64,000 nt of DNA, from positions 528,705 to 592,704 of the forward strand of contig NW_003314354.1 of assembly GCF_000143415.4 (NCBI RefSeq). The letters run 5' to 3'. A program made the translations under genes and the position numbers. The notes beneath the pieces are model-generated. The model worked only from the letters and a program-made list of their open reading frames with translations, had not been told where the DNA came from and made no database searches. Shown one piece after another: positions 1 through 11,608 of this stretch; positions within the stretch are counted from its first letter, which is position 1, and each line of letters opens with the position of its first letter. This DNA comes from Selaginella moellendorffii (lineage: Eukaryota; Plantae; Lycopodiophyta).

Positions 1-291
1 TGGATTTAGCAGCTGCGAGAGACGCAAGAATGTGACCTACAGGCGGTGAATGGCGCCGATGGATCAGTGGCATACCTTTGGGACGAGGCTGGGGCGTCCT
101 CATCGCTCCGCGCTGCGAGAAATCTGTGCTGCGGTGTGCTAGCTAGGCTTTAGGGCAAGCCAACTGAATGAGAGTTCTCGGGGCGCCAAATTTCACTGCC
201 AGTGCCATGTCACGCGCAATCTTCGCCGTCGGAATCTTCAGCCGGCACAGAGGGATGAGGGTTTCTTCCCCTCTTCTCGGTTGAGAGTTTG

Positions 292-1122
292 ATGGGCTGG
301 GCTCTCCTCGCCCGGATCGTCGTCAAGCGCGCCACCGCCAGCAGCAACACTAGCAGCGGCAGCAGCAATGGCGCCTATCAGCTCATCCGGCGCTGCTCCA
401 GCGCCGCCCTCGTCGCCACCGCACACAAGCTGCCGCCGCCGCCGCCGCCACTTCCCAGCGATGAGCTCGCGGCCCGGGAGGCCAGGAGCGACAAGATCAT
501 CGTCAGCGGCTACGACGCGTGGTGGCGCGAGTGGCAGGAGCAGCGCCCCCACTTCCCGAGCCTGGGGGTGCCCGACATTCTGGCGTCGGACGACACGGTG
601 GTGATGGACGCCAACATCGGCGCCATCTTCTCGCGGATGCGGCTGGACAAGGCGTCGCCCGACCGGCAGGTGTTCCTGGGCATGCTCCGCGCGCTGGAGG
701 ACCGCGGGCGGCTCAACGCGCCGCCGAAGCTCATTCACAGGTACGCCATCGCGTGCAACCGGATGCACAAGGTGTGTGTCCCGGGCGCGTTTCTGGACGA
801 GGGGGACCGGAACAGCATCGGGCATTTGGCGGAGGAGGTGATGCAGTGGATCGTGGAGGCGCGGTATCAGTTGCCCAGGGATCCCGCGAAATCGATGGAC
901 TTCCTCGTCACCCTGCTCCAGTGCGCGTTTCTCTACAAGTCGACCATCCTCCTCACCAACAACAAGGACTACTACTTCGTGCTCAAGGCGGCCAAGGTCT
1001 TGCAAGAGAGCATGCACGCCAGCTATCCCGAGTACGCCGACAGGATCGATCTGGGCAGCATCCGGATCGTCTTCGTGCAGGAGCAGCTCAAGTTGAACGT
1101 GCACCAAGTTGTGCGTGTCTGA
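292..1122 (+). CDS. Intronless hypothetical protein, probable organellar transit peptide, one degenerate PPR-like helix pair
   Basis: 276-aa ORF from ATG 292 with strong GC3 codon bias. N-terminus is R/S/A-rich and acid-free (MGWALLARIVVKRATASS...RRCSS). IFSRMRLDKASPDRQVFLGMLRAL resembles the PPR consensus LF..M...G..PD..TF..LL.A. Confidence 0.7.
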   Translation: MGWALLARIVVKRATASSNTSSGSSNGAYQLIRRCSSAALVATAHKLPPPPPPLPSDELAAREARSDKIIVSGYDAWWREWQEQRPHFPSLGVPDILASDDTVVMDANIGAIFSRMRLDKASPDRQVFLGMLRALEDRGRLNAPPKLIHRYAIACNRMHKVCVPGAFLDEGDRNSIGHLAEEVMQWIVEARYQLPRDPAKSMDFLVTLLQCAFLYKSTILLTNNKDYYFVLKAAKVLQESMHASYPEYADRIDLGSIRIVFVQEQLKLNVHQVVRV

Positions 1123-1258
1123 GAAAAAAACGTTTTTTTCTTTCTTTTCGGGAACAGCATTTTTTCTCCTCAACAGGCTTTCTGTATTGTACATCCTTCC
1201 GAATGAGTTTCTCAAGGTCCTTCCTTCTACATCTCGACATCGACTACTTACAGATAAG

Positions 1259-4200
1259 CTAAACGGCTGCCACCTTGCTCTTGTTCTTGTTCAGGAGCCG
1301 CTCCAGTGCAGCCGCGTCTGAGACTGGAGCATAGCACTTGAAATCCTGGCAAACAAAGGCTACTGCTTTGCTCTCCGGGGCTTTTCCCTGTGCCATGGCC
1401 AGGAGCATCGGATTCTTGGCTTGCCAAAAGTCTACGTCGCTAGGCAGCTCCGGATCTATCTGGATAATCTGCATCGCGGGACAAAACAAATATCGTCACA
1501 AAGCCAAGTGAAAGATGGAAATCTTACGGTCGAATCCGGGTCGAAGAAGAGATGACTTGTCGTCACCAATGCATCAAACTCGCCTGACGTTTTGACGCCT
1601 GCCACCAAAATCTGTCGCTTGAAAGGAACGCCAGCACATCNNNNNNNNNNNNNNNNNNNNNNNNNNNNNNNNNNNNNNNNNNNNNNNNNNNNNNNNNNNN
1701 NNNNNNNNNNNNNNNNNNNNNNNNNNNNNNNNNNNNNNNNNNNNNNNNNNNNNNNNNNNNNNNNNNNNNNNNNNNNNNNNNNNNNNNNNNNNNNNNNNNN
1801 NNNNNNNNNNNNNNNNNNNNNNNNNNNNNNNNNNNNNNNNNNNNNNNNNNNNNNNNNNNNNNNNNNNNNNNNNNNNNNNNNNNNNNNNNNNNNNNNNNNN
1901 NNNNNNNNNNNNNNNNNNNNNNNNNNNNNNNNNNNNNNNNNNNNNNNNNNNNNNNNNNNNNNNNNNNNNNNNNNNNNNNNNNNNNNNNNNNNNNNNNNNN
2001 NNNNNNNNNNNNNNNNNNNNNNNNNNNNNNNNNNNNNNNNNNNNNNNNNNNNNNNNNNNNNNNNNNNNNNNNNNNNNNNNNNNNNNNNNNNNNNNNNNNN
2101 NNNNNNNNNNNNNNNNNNNNNNNNNNNNNNNNNNNNNNNNNNNNNNNNNNNNNNNNNNNNNNNNNNNNNNNNNNNNNNNNNNNNNNNNNNNNNNNNNNNN
2201 NNNNNNNNNNNNNNNNNNNNNNNNNNNNNNNNNNNNNNNNNNNNNNNNNNNNNNNNNNNNNNNNNNNNNNNNNNNNNNNNNNNNNNNNNNNNNNNNNNNN
2301 NNNNNNNNNNNNNNNNNNNNNNNNNNNNNNNNNNNNNNNNNNNNNNNNNNNNNNNNNNNNNNNNNNNNNNNNNNNNNNNNNNNNNNNNNNNNNNNNNNNN
2401 NNNNNNNNNNNNNNNNNNNNNNNNNNNNNNNNNNNNNNNNNNNNNNNNNNNNNNNNNNNNNNNNNNNNNNNNNNNNNNNNNNNNNNNNNNNNNNNNNNNN
2501 NNNNNNNNNNNNNNNNNNNNNNNNNNNNNNNNNNNNNNNNNNNNNNNNNNNNNNNNNNNNNNNNNNNNNNNNNNNNNNNNNNNNNNNNNNNNNNNNNNNN
2601 NNNNNNNNNNNNNNNNNNNNNNNNNNNNNNNNNNNNNNTCTCTCACGTAGTAATGAGCCGCGAAAATCTGAGCGCGATCCTTCCCAAGAACGTCTTCGAT
2701 CTGTGAGTCATTTGTTAGCTATCCTTACGTCAAACTGCAAGATTTCTTACTTCTTTGGCAGTCCAGACGTAGAATGCGCCTTCTTTCTTCTTTGAGGATC
2801 CGCTTGGTTCTAGACTGTCCGCATCTTCAGCAGAAAATATGCCACCCTCAGGGTGTGTCATGTCCCGGTTCAAGTAGTCCAAGATATCTCTTGCAACGCA
2901 GGCATGCATCGTATCTCTCGTGACGAGGTAGACGTCAAGGTAGGCATTTGCAAGCTGAGCCTGGTCATAGAGCATCTTTTCGAAATGTGGGACTGTCATA
3001 ACCAAGCAACCCGATATCGCTTCGATGAAGAAAACAAAATGATTTGATGCTTACCATGCCAGTAATCATCAACGCTATATCTGTGGAATCCTCCTCCAAC
3101 ATGATCGTGCATTCCTCCCCGCGCCATGCATTGAAGATTAAAACTTGCCATTTCCAAAGCCTTTTTGGAGAGGCTTGCTTTGCCAGCTTGATCCAGACGC
3201 TTATAATACCGAAGCATCAAGTTCAGCTCCACCGGCCTGGGAAACTTTGGTGCACTACCAAACCCGCCGAGCTTGGCATCAAAACCTTTCATGAGCTGCA
3301 AACGCAGATCCGAGAGACGTTAATAATGTTAGCAAAGAACATAAGCTCAAACCTCAAACTACCTGACTCGCACAGAGCTGGACAGCTTGCTCCGCCACAC
3401 CACCTGAAACTTGAAGAGACGTTGCACACGCGGCCATTGCCTCTGCAAGCTGCTGAATGACATTGTCCCCAGCGTTTCGAAGCACGGCTTTCCTCGAGTC
3501 CCAGTTCTCCTTCACTCGCCTGCAGCGGCAAGATTCCAGCTTCCAAATGTATAAGTGCTAGCTAGCTAGAGACCAGCTACCTTAAAACTGTCTTAAATCC
3601 TGGACGACCGTAATTATCCTCGGGAGGGAAGTACGTTCCTCCCACGATGGGCTTGAGCTCCGGCGTAAGAAAGACGCTCATAGGCCAGCCTCCTCCACCT
3701 TGTGAAGCTTGGACGAATGTCATGTAGACCTGCATGAAAGCATTCACAAGGTATACGGGCATGAAGACGAAAAAAAACCTTATCAACGTCGGGCCTCTCT
3801 TCCCGGTCGACTTTGATGCTCACAAACCAGTCATTGAGCAATTTGGCGACCTCTTCGCTCTCGAACGATTCCACTTCCATTACATGACACCTACAAAAGA
3901 AGTTCTCAGTCAGTTCTCTTATGCCGGAGAAAGAAAGGAGAAAAACACTCGAGCGCAGTACCAGTGACAAGTGCTGTATCCGACTGCAAGCCCTTTTTGT
4001 TAGGAAGCAGAAGACACACGCAGTAGCATACCTGATAGGAAAATCGGCTTGTCTTCTGCCTTGGCCTTGGCAAACGCTTCTTCTCCCCATGGATACCAAT
4101 CCACCTACATGCACACAAGACTAGATCATCATAAAAACGAAAACAAGAACAGAAGAGAAAACAAAATTGGAGGGAGCGAGCTATACTGGATTGTGTGCAT

Positions 4201-4459
4201 GCTGGAGAAGATACGGGCTGTTTTCATGGAGGAGGCGATTGGAATGCTTGTGCTTGTCTCCCGAGCCAGCCGCAGTGGCACTGCTAGCGCTGTGCTTATC
4301 GGCCATAGCATCTGGCCCTGCAGCTCTGGCGACCGTGCGCGCAAAGGCAAACGCGGGAGGCTTCCTCTTTTTCGCCTGCAAAGAGGACCGAGCAGGGGCA
4401 GCAGGCCTGAAGAAGGAGGCGGCGGCGGCGGCCAGGGGCAGGTGTCGCAACCGGAACAT
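1259..4459 (-). CDS. SPATA20: SPATA20/YyaL-like thioredoxin-domain (DUF255) alpha/alpha-barrel protein, multi-exon, interrupted by assembly gap
   Basis: Exon peptides [118 protein letters not shown]-terminus is transit-peptide-like. Confidence 0.92.
1641..2638. other. Assembly gap (N run)
   Basis: Run of N bases inside the SPATA20-like gene. Confidence 1.
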
Positions 4460-4797
4460 GCCGCATAAATACCAGCTGCTACCAAACAGGAAACAAAAAA
4501 TGTCGGGTGCCACTCACCTGGATCCAACTGCCAGTCGACTATCCCTCGCTCGCGCACGCACGAACCCTAATAGAAGACGAGTTTCTTAGCTCATCGTTTC
4601 TTCTAAATCTTTACAGGCGAGCCTGTAGTTGGATGGATTGCCACCAACACCTTCCACCTTCATCCACAGCTCTGGCGGTGAACAAAAGAAAAAAATGTGT
4701 CGTTTCTTTCATCACACTTACAACTTACAGCTTCTATAGTTTTTTCTTCCGAGGATAAACGTCTAGACAATGAATGGGGTATATTGATGACTAGAAT

Positions 4798-6159
4798 TTA
4801 ATCTCCTCCGCCTCCGCTGCCTCCTCCCCCTTGATTTAGAACACCAGGCATTTGATGACTGCGTTCTCCAGTGCGGAAGCCAGGCATGACAGTGAATCCC
4901 ACCGTGTGCAAGTCCCCGCCCCCGCCACCTTCGAGATCCACAACGCTCTCCATGAACTCGCTCTGGAAACTCGTGTCCTTCTTCACCTGGAAGATGCTGG
5001 CGGTGGGGTTGAAGGAGAAGGCGAGGCGATGGAGCAGCCACACGCTCTTGGCCAGCTCCAAGAACCTGTGATAAAACTGGCTGCTCGGGTGCTCGCCGCC
5101 CAGCACCTGGTTCCTGTGTTGCAGATGCCCGAAGAAGGACTCCTCCATCTTCTCGTGCACGATCTGGAGGTACTTCCGCAGGCAGAACTTGCCAAAGAGG
5201 CAGTCGGGCGTGGTGGAGACGAGCTCCAGCGGATCGATGGAGCGCATGTCCTGGAACTGCAAGAAGCAGTCGTGGCGGTGCTTGCCGGGGTCGAGGATGG
5301 ACGACAAGCTGCCGCTGAGATAAAAGTTTTCGTTCTCGAAGCCATTGAACATCCTCTGGCAGACGTAGGACTCGAATGCAAACCTGGTGTGGATTGGCCT
5401 GGCGTAGACGGCGCCCGGCTGGATCGAGTTTGCGGCGGCCTCCAGGTCCCAGTCGGCATTCTTGAGCAGTCCGATGAACATCTTTGCGAAGCTAAACGCC
5501 TCGCCGCGAGCAGCTTGAGCCATCTGCTCGAAGAGCGGGGGAGCAAGCGAGACGTTGCCGTTCATCATGCCCGCACCGCCGCCACCTCCACCACCTCGAG
5601 GGAGCTCGTTGAGCCGCCTCTCCAGCTTCTCCTTCTTGCTCGTCGCCCGCCTGAGCGACTCCTTGAGGCGCTCCATCTCCTCGTGCTGCTCCGCCAGCTC
5701 CTTCTCGCAAGCTTGCATGCGGCTGTCGTAGGAATCGATGATGGACTGCTTCTCCTTGAGGCCCGCCTGGAGCTCCTCCACAAGCTTGCGATCGTTGCTG
5801 TTGGCGGAGGCGGCGGCAGCTTGGTGGAGGAGGTAGTGACCCCCGCCGCCACCACCACCACCACCCCGGCTCCTCCCCTTGAGCATGTGTTTGATCTCCG
5901 AGAGCCTGCGCAGCTCGCCAATGACCAACCTGTCGGCGGCGCGCAGCTTATCCGCATTGTAGGGAGAGTGCGCCGACTGGAGCTGGATGTAGGCGTTCTT
6001 GAGCGCCGAGACGGTGCCGAAGATATCCACAATCACATTCTCCATCAACTGGACTCTCTGGTACAGCCTCTCCACCTCCTCGCCTTGCGCCTCCTCCGCC
6101 TCGTGGAAGCACTCCTCGGCGCCGCTGCCATTCCCATCCTCCTCGCTCCGTTGCGCCAT
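4798..6159 (-). CDS. DUF641 / GIL1-IRKI family coiled-coil protein (intronless)
   Basis: IFGTVSALKNAYIQLQSAHSPY...ADRLVIGELRRLS (DUF641), coiled coil, FAFESYVCQRMF, FCLRKYLQIVHEKMEESFFG, LAKSVWLLHRLAFSF, VGFTVMPGF. The C-terminal motif is frame-disturbed (see findings). Confidence 0.9.
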   Translation of the reverse strand: MAQRSEEDGNGSGAEECFHEAEEAQGEEVERLYQRVQLMENVIVDIFGTVSALKNAYIQLQSAHSPYNADKLRAADRLVIGELRRLSEIKHMLKGRSRGGGGGGGGGHYLLHQAAAASANSNDRKLVEELQAGLKEKQSIIDSYDSRMQACEKELAEQHEEMERLKESLRRATSKKEKLERRLNELPRGGGGGGGAGMMNGNVSLAPPLFEQMAQAARGEAFSFAKMFIGLLKNADWDLEAAANSIQPGAVYARPIHTRFAFESYVCQRMFNGFENENFYLSGSLSSILDPGKHRHDCFLQFQDMRSIDPLELVSTTPDCLFGKFCLRKYLQIVHEKMEESFFGHLQHRNQVLGGEHPSSQFYHRFLELAKSVWLLHRLAFSFNPTASIFQVKKDTSFQSEFMESVVDLEGGGGGDLHTVGFTVMPGFRTGERSHQMPGVLNQGGGGSGGGGD

Positions 6160-6603
6160 GCCCTAGGTCTAGCCACAAATCCCGAGCTCGCGCTCACCTC
6201 GCTAGATCCACTCCGACTGCTACTCACTCACCCGCGGCCCATCAATTGGCGAGCAAGCAAGAATGATGGATCTGTCCATCATTCCTGGAGGGCAGAGGAA
6301 GCGATTGCGTGCGCCCTAGGCCTATGCGAGACGAGGAGGAGAGGATGAGAAGCAAGCAAGCCCCTTGTGCCATTATTCCACTCCCCTGCACGCACTTAGT
6401 ACTTACTACTCTTTCCTTTTAATTTTTTTTTTTTTTCTTTGCTCGTCTCGTCGCTCCCCTTCTACCTAAGAGGACAACGACAACAAACAGCGATGATATT
6501 ACTTTTACGAGCTTTTGTTTTCAGTGGAGGGGTCGCCCGCCTCCCCACCTTTGTTAGCTCGGTGATTCCAAAAGAGAGAAAGAAAGAAAGGAACGCGCCT
6601 GGC

Positions 6604-9415
6604 CTACATTGTGAGCGCATTCTCCATGGAGCTCGCAAACGTGAGCAAAGGAGACGGGGAGTCGAAGCCATGGCCGCCGCCGCCGCCGCCACCAAGCATC
6701 GGCGAACTCAAGCTCGACTCGGACGCGGTGGCCACGGCCTCGAGCATCTTGATCACGTCCACCGTGTCGTCCAGGTAGTAGCGGGCTTTGCTCGGCTTCT
6801 GCCCCACCGTGCATGCAAACACCTCCGCCGACGACGACGAGATGGCGTGCCCCAGCTTCTCAAACATGTCCTCGTCCGACCGGTCGTCTCCGATGCACAG
6901 GACGAAGTCGGGTGACTTGCCCGTCTGTGCGAGCGACGATAGCAAGCGCTCCACCACCACGCCTTTGCTCACTCCCTGGAAGGAAAACAGACAAAGCTCT
7001 TTACAACTCCGCCCAAACCCGTGAACAAGATAAGACTTTGCGTACCTGTGGCTTCACTTCCACGATAAACTGGCCGCTCTTGACGGACACCGGATCATTG
7101 GCGAGGACGCTCTCCAGGTGATCCAGCAGCTCCTTGGCTTGCCACGATCCAAAGTCGGGGTCGGCGTCCCGGTGGTGCCACACGAGAGCGCTCTCCTTGG
7201 CCTCGATGTAGGATCCATCCGTGCTGTCCATGTACTGCCTCATCACCGGAAGTGCTACGTGCTTCCACTCGAAGTCGGGCACCGGCACGCACGCCTGCCA
7301 ATCCTCGTCTCTGGACCACCTGCGACAAGCAGCACTTGCTTTGAATATCTCGAAAGAGAGGAAAGCGAGAGAAAGTAAACGAACGTACCTGTAGAAGTAG
7401 CCGTGCTCGGCCGCCAGCCCAAGCTTATCGCACTGGGAGAACCACTTATGGAGAATCTGTCTGTCACGTCCACTAACGATGAACACCACGTTCTTGGGAT
7501 TGCTACACAGCGTGTTGAGGATGGAGATGACCTCGGGGCTGGGAGTCTTGTTCACCGACGTCTGCGGCATCATGGTTCCATCGTAGTCGAGCAGGATCGC
7601 CCGGCAGGAGCTCCTCCTGTACACGGACACGAGGTGCTCGGTCATGAGCCTCCGGAAGTTTGGATCCAGCGCCACCACCCGGAAGCCCAGCCCGAACCCG
7701 ATCCCGTAGGACCTCCTCCGCGAGTGATCCCGGCAAGCTCTCTCCAGGTCCGCCATGAAGCTCTGCGCCCAGTACGCAACGTCGTGCGAGCTCACGTACT
7801 TGAAGTGCTTCTCGTGCCTGGCGTGCTTCTCGGCCTCGGGCATGCTGACCGCCATTATCATCGCCTCGGCCACAGCCTCGATGTTCCAGGGGTTGACGCG
7901 GATGGCCCCGCTCAGCGACGGCGAGCAGCCGATGAACTCCGACACCACCAGCATGCTCTTCTTCTTGGGCTTGTCACTGTCCTCCACTGTAATAACCCCG
8001 ATGCGGCCAAGTCCATCATCGGCTTCGTGCTCGTCACCTTCTTCGCCCATGCCTTGTCGGCAGACGATATACTCGTAAGGGATGAGGTTCATGCCGTCGC
8101 GGACGGCCGTGACAATGCAGCACTCGGCGATGGTGTAGTAAGCGATCCGCTCGTACAGCGGCATGTCCCTCTCGATGAGAACCACCGGCTGGTAGCCTTC
8201 GCGGCCGTAGGCCTGGTTCACCCGCTTCGCCACCGCGTAAGCCTCGTGCTGGACCTCGAGAACGTCCTTGCCCCGCCCCCTGGCCGGGTTCCCAATCTGG
8301 ACGAGCACCAACTTTCCTCTATACTCGGGGTGCTGGTTGAGCAGCTCCTCCATAGCCAGGAACTTGAGGCCGATCCCCTTGAATATGTCCATGTCGTCCA
8401 TGCCCAGCAGCACGATCTTCCCCGCAAACTGGACGCTGAGCTCCTCCACCCGGCCGTTGGTCTGCTGGAGCTTGAGCCCGGCCTCGAGCTGCGACATGTG
8501 GATGCCAACCGGCATGATCTTGATGCCCACCGTGCGGCCGTAGTACTCGAGGCCGATGTATCCCCTCCGCGACTCAAACTCGAGGCCCAGCATCCGGCTG
8601 CAGCACGAGAGGAAGTGGCGGGCGTAGTCGAAGGTGTGGAAGCCGATGAGGTCGGCGTTGAGGAGCGCCCGGAGGATCTGCTCGCGGACGGGCAGCGTGC
8701 GGTAGATCTCCGACGAGGGGAAGGGGCTGTGGAGGAAGAAGCCCAGCTTGATCCTGTTGAAGCGCTTGCGCAAAAAGGTTGGCAGCACCATGAGGTGGTA
8801 GTCGTGCAGCCACACGAAATCCTCCTCGGGGCTGATCACCTCCATCACCTTGTCCGCAAAGATCTTGTTGGCGGAGACGTAGGCCTGCCACAGGAGGCGG
8901 TCGAAGCGGCCGCCGGGGTCCGTGGTGAGCGGCAGCATGTAGTGGAAGAGCGGCCATAGCTGCTGCTTGCAAAACCCGTGGTAGAAGCGGCCGTGGAGAT
9001 CCGGCGGCAGGAAGGCGGGCACGCAGTTGAAATCGCGGAGGAGGATGGCGGCCACCTCGTCCTGCTCGCTCATGGGCACGTCCACGCGCAGGCAGCCGAC
9101 GTACACCACCTCGAGCTCCTCGGGGAGCCCATCCTTGAGCTGCAACAGCAGCGAATCGTCATCCCACCTGAAATTCCAGAGGAGATTGTCGGGGCGGCGC
9201 TCGCCGTGGAGGGGCAGCTGGTGGGCGACGATGATCACCCGGCTGCTGTGCGAGATGGAGGCCGCCTCGGACGCGCTGTCGTCCTCGATGATCCGGCTGT
9301 CGCTGCACAGCCCCGCCACCGTCATGACGCGCGGCAATCGTCGGCCCCGGGGCGACGCCGTGCCCTCTGCCGGGGACGATAGATCCAGCAAATTGGAGTA
9401 AGATCTGGACACCAT
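6604..9415 (-). CDS. TPS: Class II trehalose-6-phosphate synthase/phosphatase (3 exons)
   Basis: MVSRSYSNLLDL start typical of class II TPS; YHGFCKQQLWPLFHY, WLHDYHLM, FFLHSPFPSSEIYRTLP, RDGMNL, VSEFIGCSPSL, LDYDGT, IVEVKPQ|GVSKG, CIGDDRSDEDMF, CTVGQKPSKA. Confidence 0.96.
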
Positions 9416-9731
9416 GGCTGCTATATGGCTGCCACAAACCTCACCCCCTCGCCAAATATAGGTCTATCATATGCTTCTTCCTCTCAGTGCCATTGATAAG
9501 CTAAGCATATCCAGACATCAAATTCTTGCCTGATTGATTCGTCCGTCTCCTCCCCCTCGAATCGCTACCTCACCTTACGTAACGCATTTGACACAAACAA
9601 AACATCTCCTCTAAGACTTGCGCTGTTCCAATGATTCCGCAATGTCTTTTCAGCTCAACCCGTCCGTGGTTGTGGCGCTCGTCACTGTTAGTTTAGTCAC
9701 CAGCAATGCTACGGTGGACTCGCGTTCGTGC

Positions 9732-11475
9732 TCAAAACAGCGTGCTCCTGCCAGGAAAAGATCAAGCACACGTCTGCCAGTTAATAGTTTACTCGACAGA
9801 CAGGCAGACAGCAAACACAAAAGAAAGATTCATTCTCACCTCGAAGCCCCCGCTGCATCGGTTGCTCGCAACTGTCGAGACGACGATAACGCTTTGTCAA
9901 TTCGGACCTCGAACGGTGTAGAGTGCCAGGTGACCCGCTGATCCTGATGTCACGTCCACGACATGAGAAAGAGAAAAACGAGCAACCAACGAGAAAATAT
10001 CTACCTCTTTGTATTTCCGGGTGGTGTTTGGAATTCCCTGCCCGTCCCAGAGTTTGGGAGTTGCGTCCGCCTCCGCCTCCGCCTCGGCCGAACTTGTCTC
10101 GTCATCCCAGCGCGAAGTTGGTCTCAGCTGTGGAGTGATCTGCGTGGAGCCCCACTGCAGCTCCGAAAAGAAAGAGTAGTTCTCCGATTCGATCTCCAGC
10201 TCGTTGGATCCACTGCTTGTTGTTGGTGATACTTTGTCTTCGTGAAAATCGTCTTCCTTTTCTTCCACCCGCTTGTTCTTGTGCCATGCCTCTTCTTTCA
10301 GCTGTCGCCATTGCAGTACGTTTCCAACGGGTGTCAGCACGGAAGTTTGGTGATCCTGGCGCTTCTCCGCCTCCATCGGGGTTTTGCATGCAAAGATATT
10401 TTCCTTGTCCTTGGATCCATCACTCCGAGCTTCGACTGTTTTCCTCTCCACAACGGGTGACATGCACCGAACGGGTGTTATTTCCACGTCGCTGCCTTCG
10501 CTCCTGAGACCCTCAAGCACTTCACTGGAGGACGGAGCCTCTGACTGCGATCTTCTGCTGCAGTCGGAATTGATGCTCACGTTTGCCTGTGAAGGAAAGC
10601 TTCCTTCCTCTTCGGAAGAGATGCTGGACTCTGCTTCGGCAACTGGTGAAAGTGGCTCTTGCCACATGAATGACCGGTGTGCAAAGCTTCTCTTCTTGGG
10701 AAGCATGAAGAATACGGCCGTTTTCGGAAGACAGACGAGCGAAACCTGTTCCGGCACTGGCTTCGGGTTTGGTTCTGCCGTGCCTGCGGCCAGTGCAGCC
10801 TGTGTGTTTTTGTCCTTCATCCCTTCTGGCACTGTCCCCGCTTCGACATTGTTTGACGGAGGCGGAAGGCTAACAAACCACAAAAGTTAAAATGAATGAA
10901 TGGAGAGCTCGAAAAACTTGCAAACCTTGCGGAAGTTGATACTGGTGAATCCTCCGGCGACGAATCCCATCTTGGTGCCTCCAGAGGAGCTTTAGAGACC
11001 TTTAGAGGTTCATGTGGAGTTTCTAAGGATATGACGCACGACCGAAACTGAGAGACCTGCGTGTCAAGCTCGCAGGAAGAAAATGAGGGGGATGTACCTC
11101 TTCCTTCAAAAACTTGGCTTGATCAGCTTCCAGCACACTCTGCAAGGGGCGATCTCTGATACGCAAGTGTTGGAGTCCATTGCTGTCCACACTGAGGCAT
11201 TCACCTGAGAAGACACCGCCATTAAGCTACCAGAAACATAAAAAAGCTCACCACTTCTCAGCCAGGGATTTCCTCCAGCAGCAGTAGCAAACGAGGGCGT
11301 GAGCTGTGACGACTGGGCATGCTGCTGCTACAAACGTGAGCACATTGAAGAGGAAAAGGGCAGAAAGGGGAGAACTTACTGTGGATTTATGGCCGCGACT
11401 AGTCCGTGAGCAGAGCCTTGGCAATCTTTCCTTCCTCCCTCCGCCGCATCCAAAGCATCCAAACAGCCAGCCCAT
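9732..11475 (-). CDS. JASON: JASON-like protein (meiotic organelle band / spindle positioning family), multi-exon
   Basis: N-terminus MGWLFGCFGC, internal QAKFLK...ETP, and C-terminal WDGQGIPNTTRKYKE|DQRVTWHSTPFEVRIDKAL across an intron. The last exon is uncertain. Confidence 0.8.
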
Positions 11476-11608
11476 GGCGCTGATCCAGGCGCTAGGAGAA
11501 AACCCACATCTCAATCTCAGCCAAGCGAGAGCGCAGTTTGAAAAGAGCCGTTGCGGGGGAAAAAGAATTCCAGGAAGAAAGTGACCTAGCTTATGCTCTA
11601 GGGCACGG

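Noticed and set aside
1-103. Possible minus-strand gene start (MRTPQPRPK, then GT...AG)
   Set aside because: The implied intron is only 39 nt and the peptide is too short to recognise at the window edge.
238-1215. 325-aa minus-strand ORF and similar long antisense ORFs (4852-6348, 7403-8959, 54322-55173)
   Set aside because: Shadows of GC3-rich coding sequence on the opposite strand; no independent motifs.
1456-2650. Long ORFs of X residues (also 43075-43870)
   Set aside because: Artefacts of N gaps.
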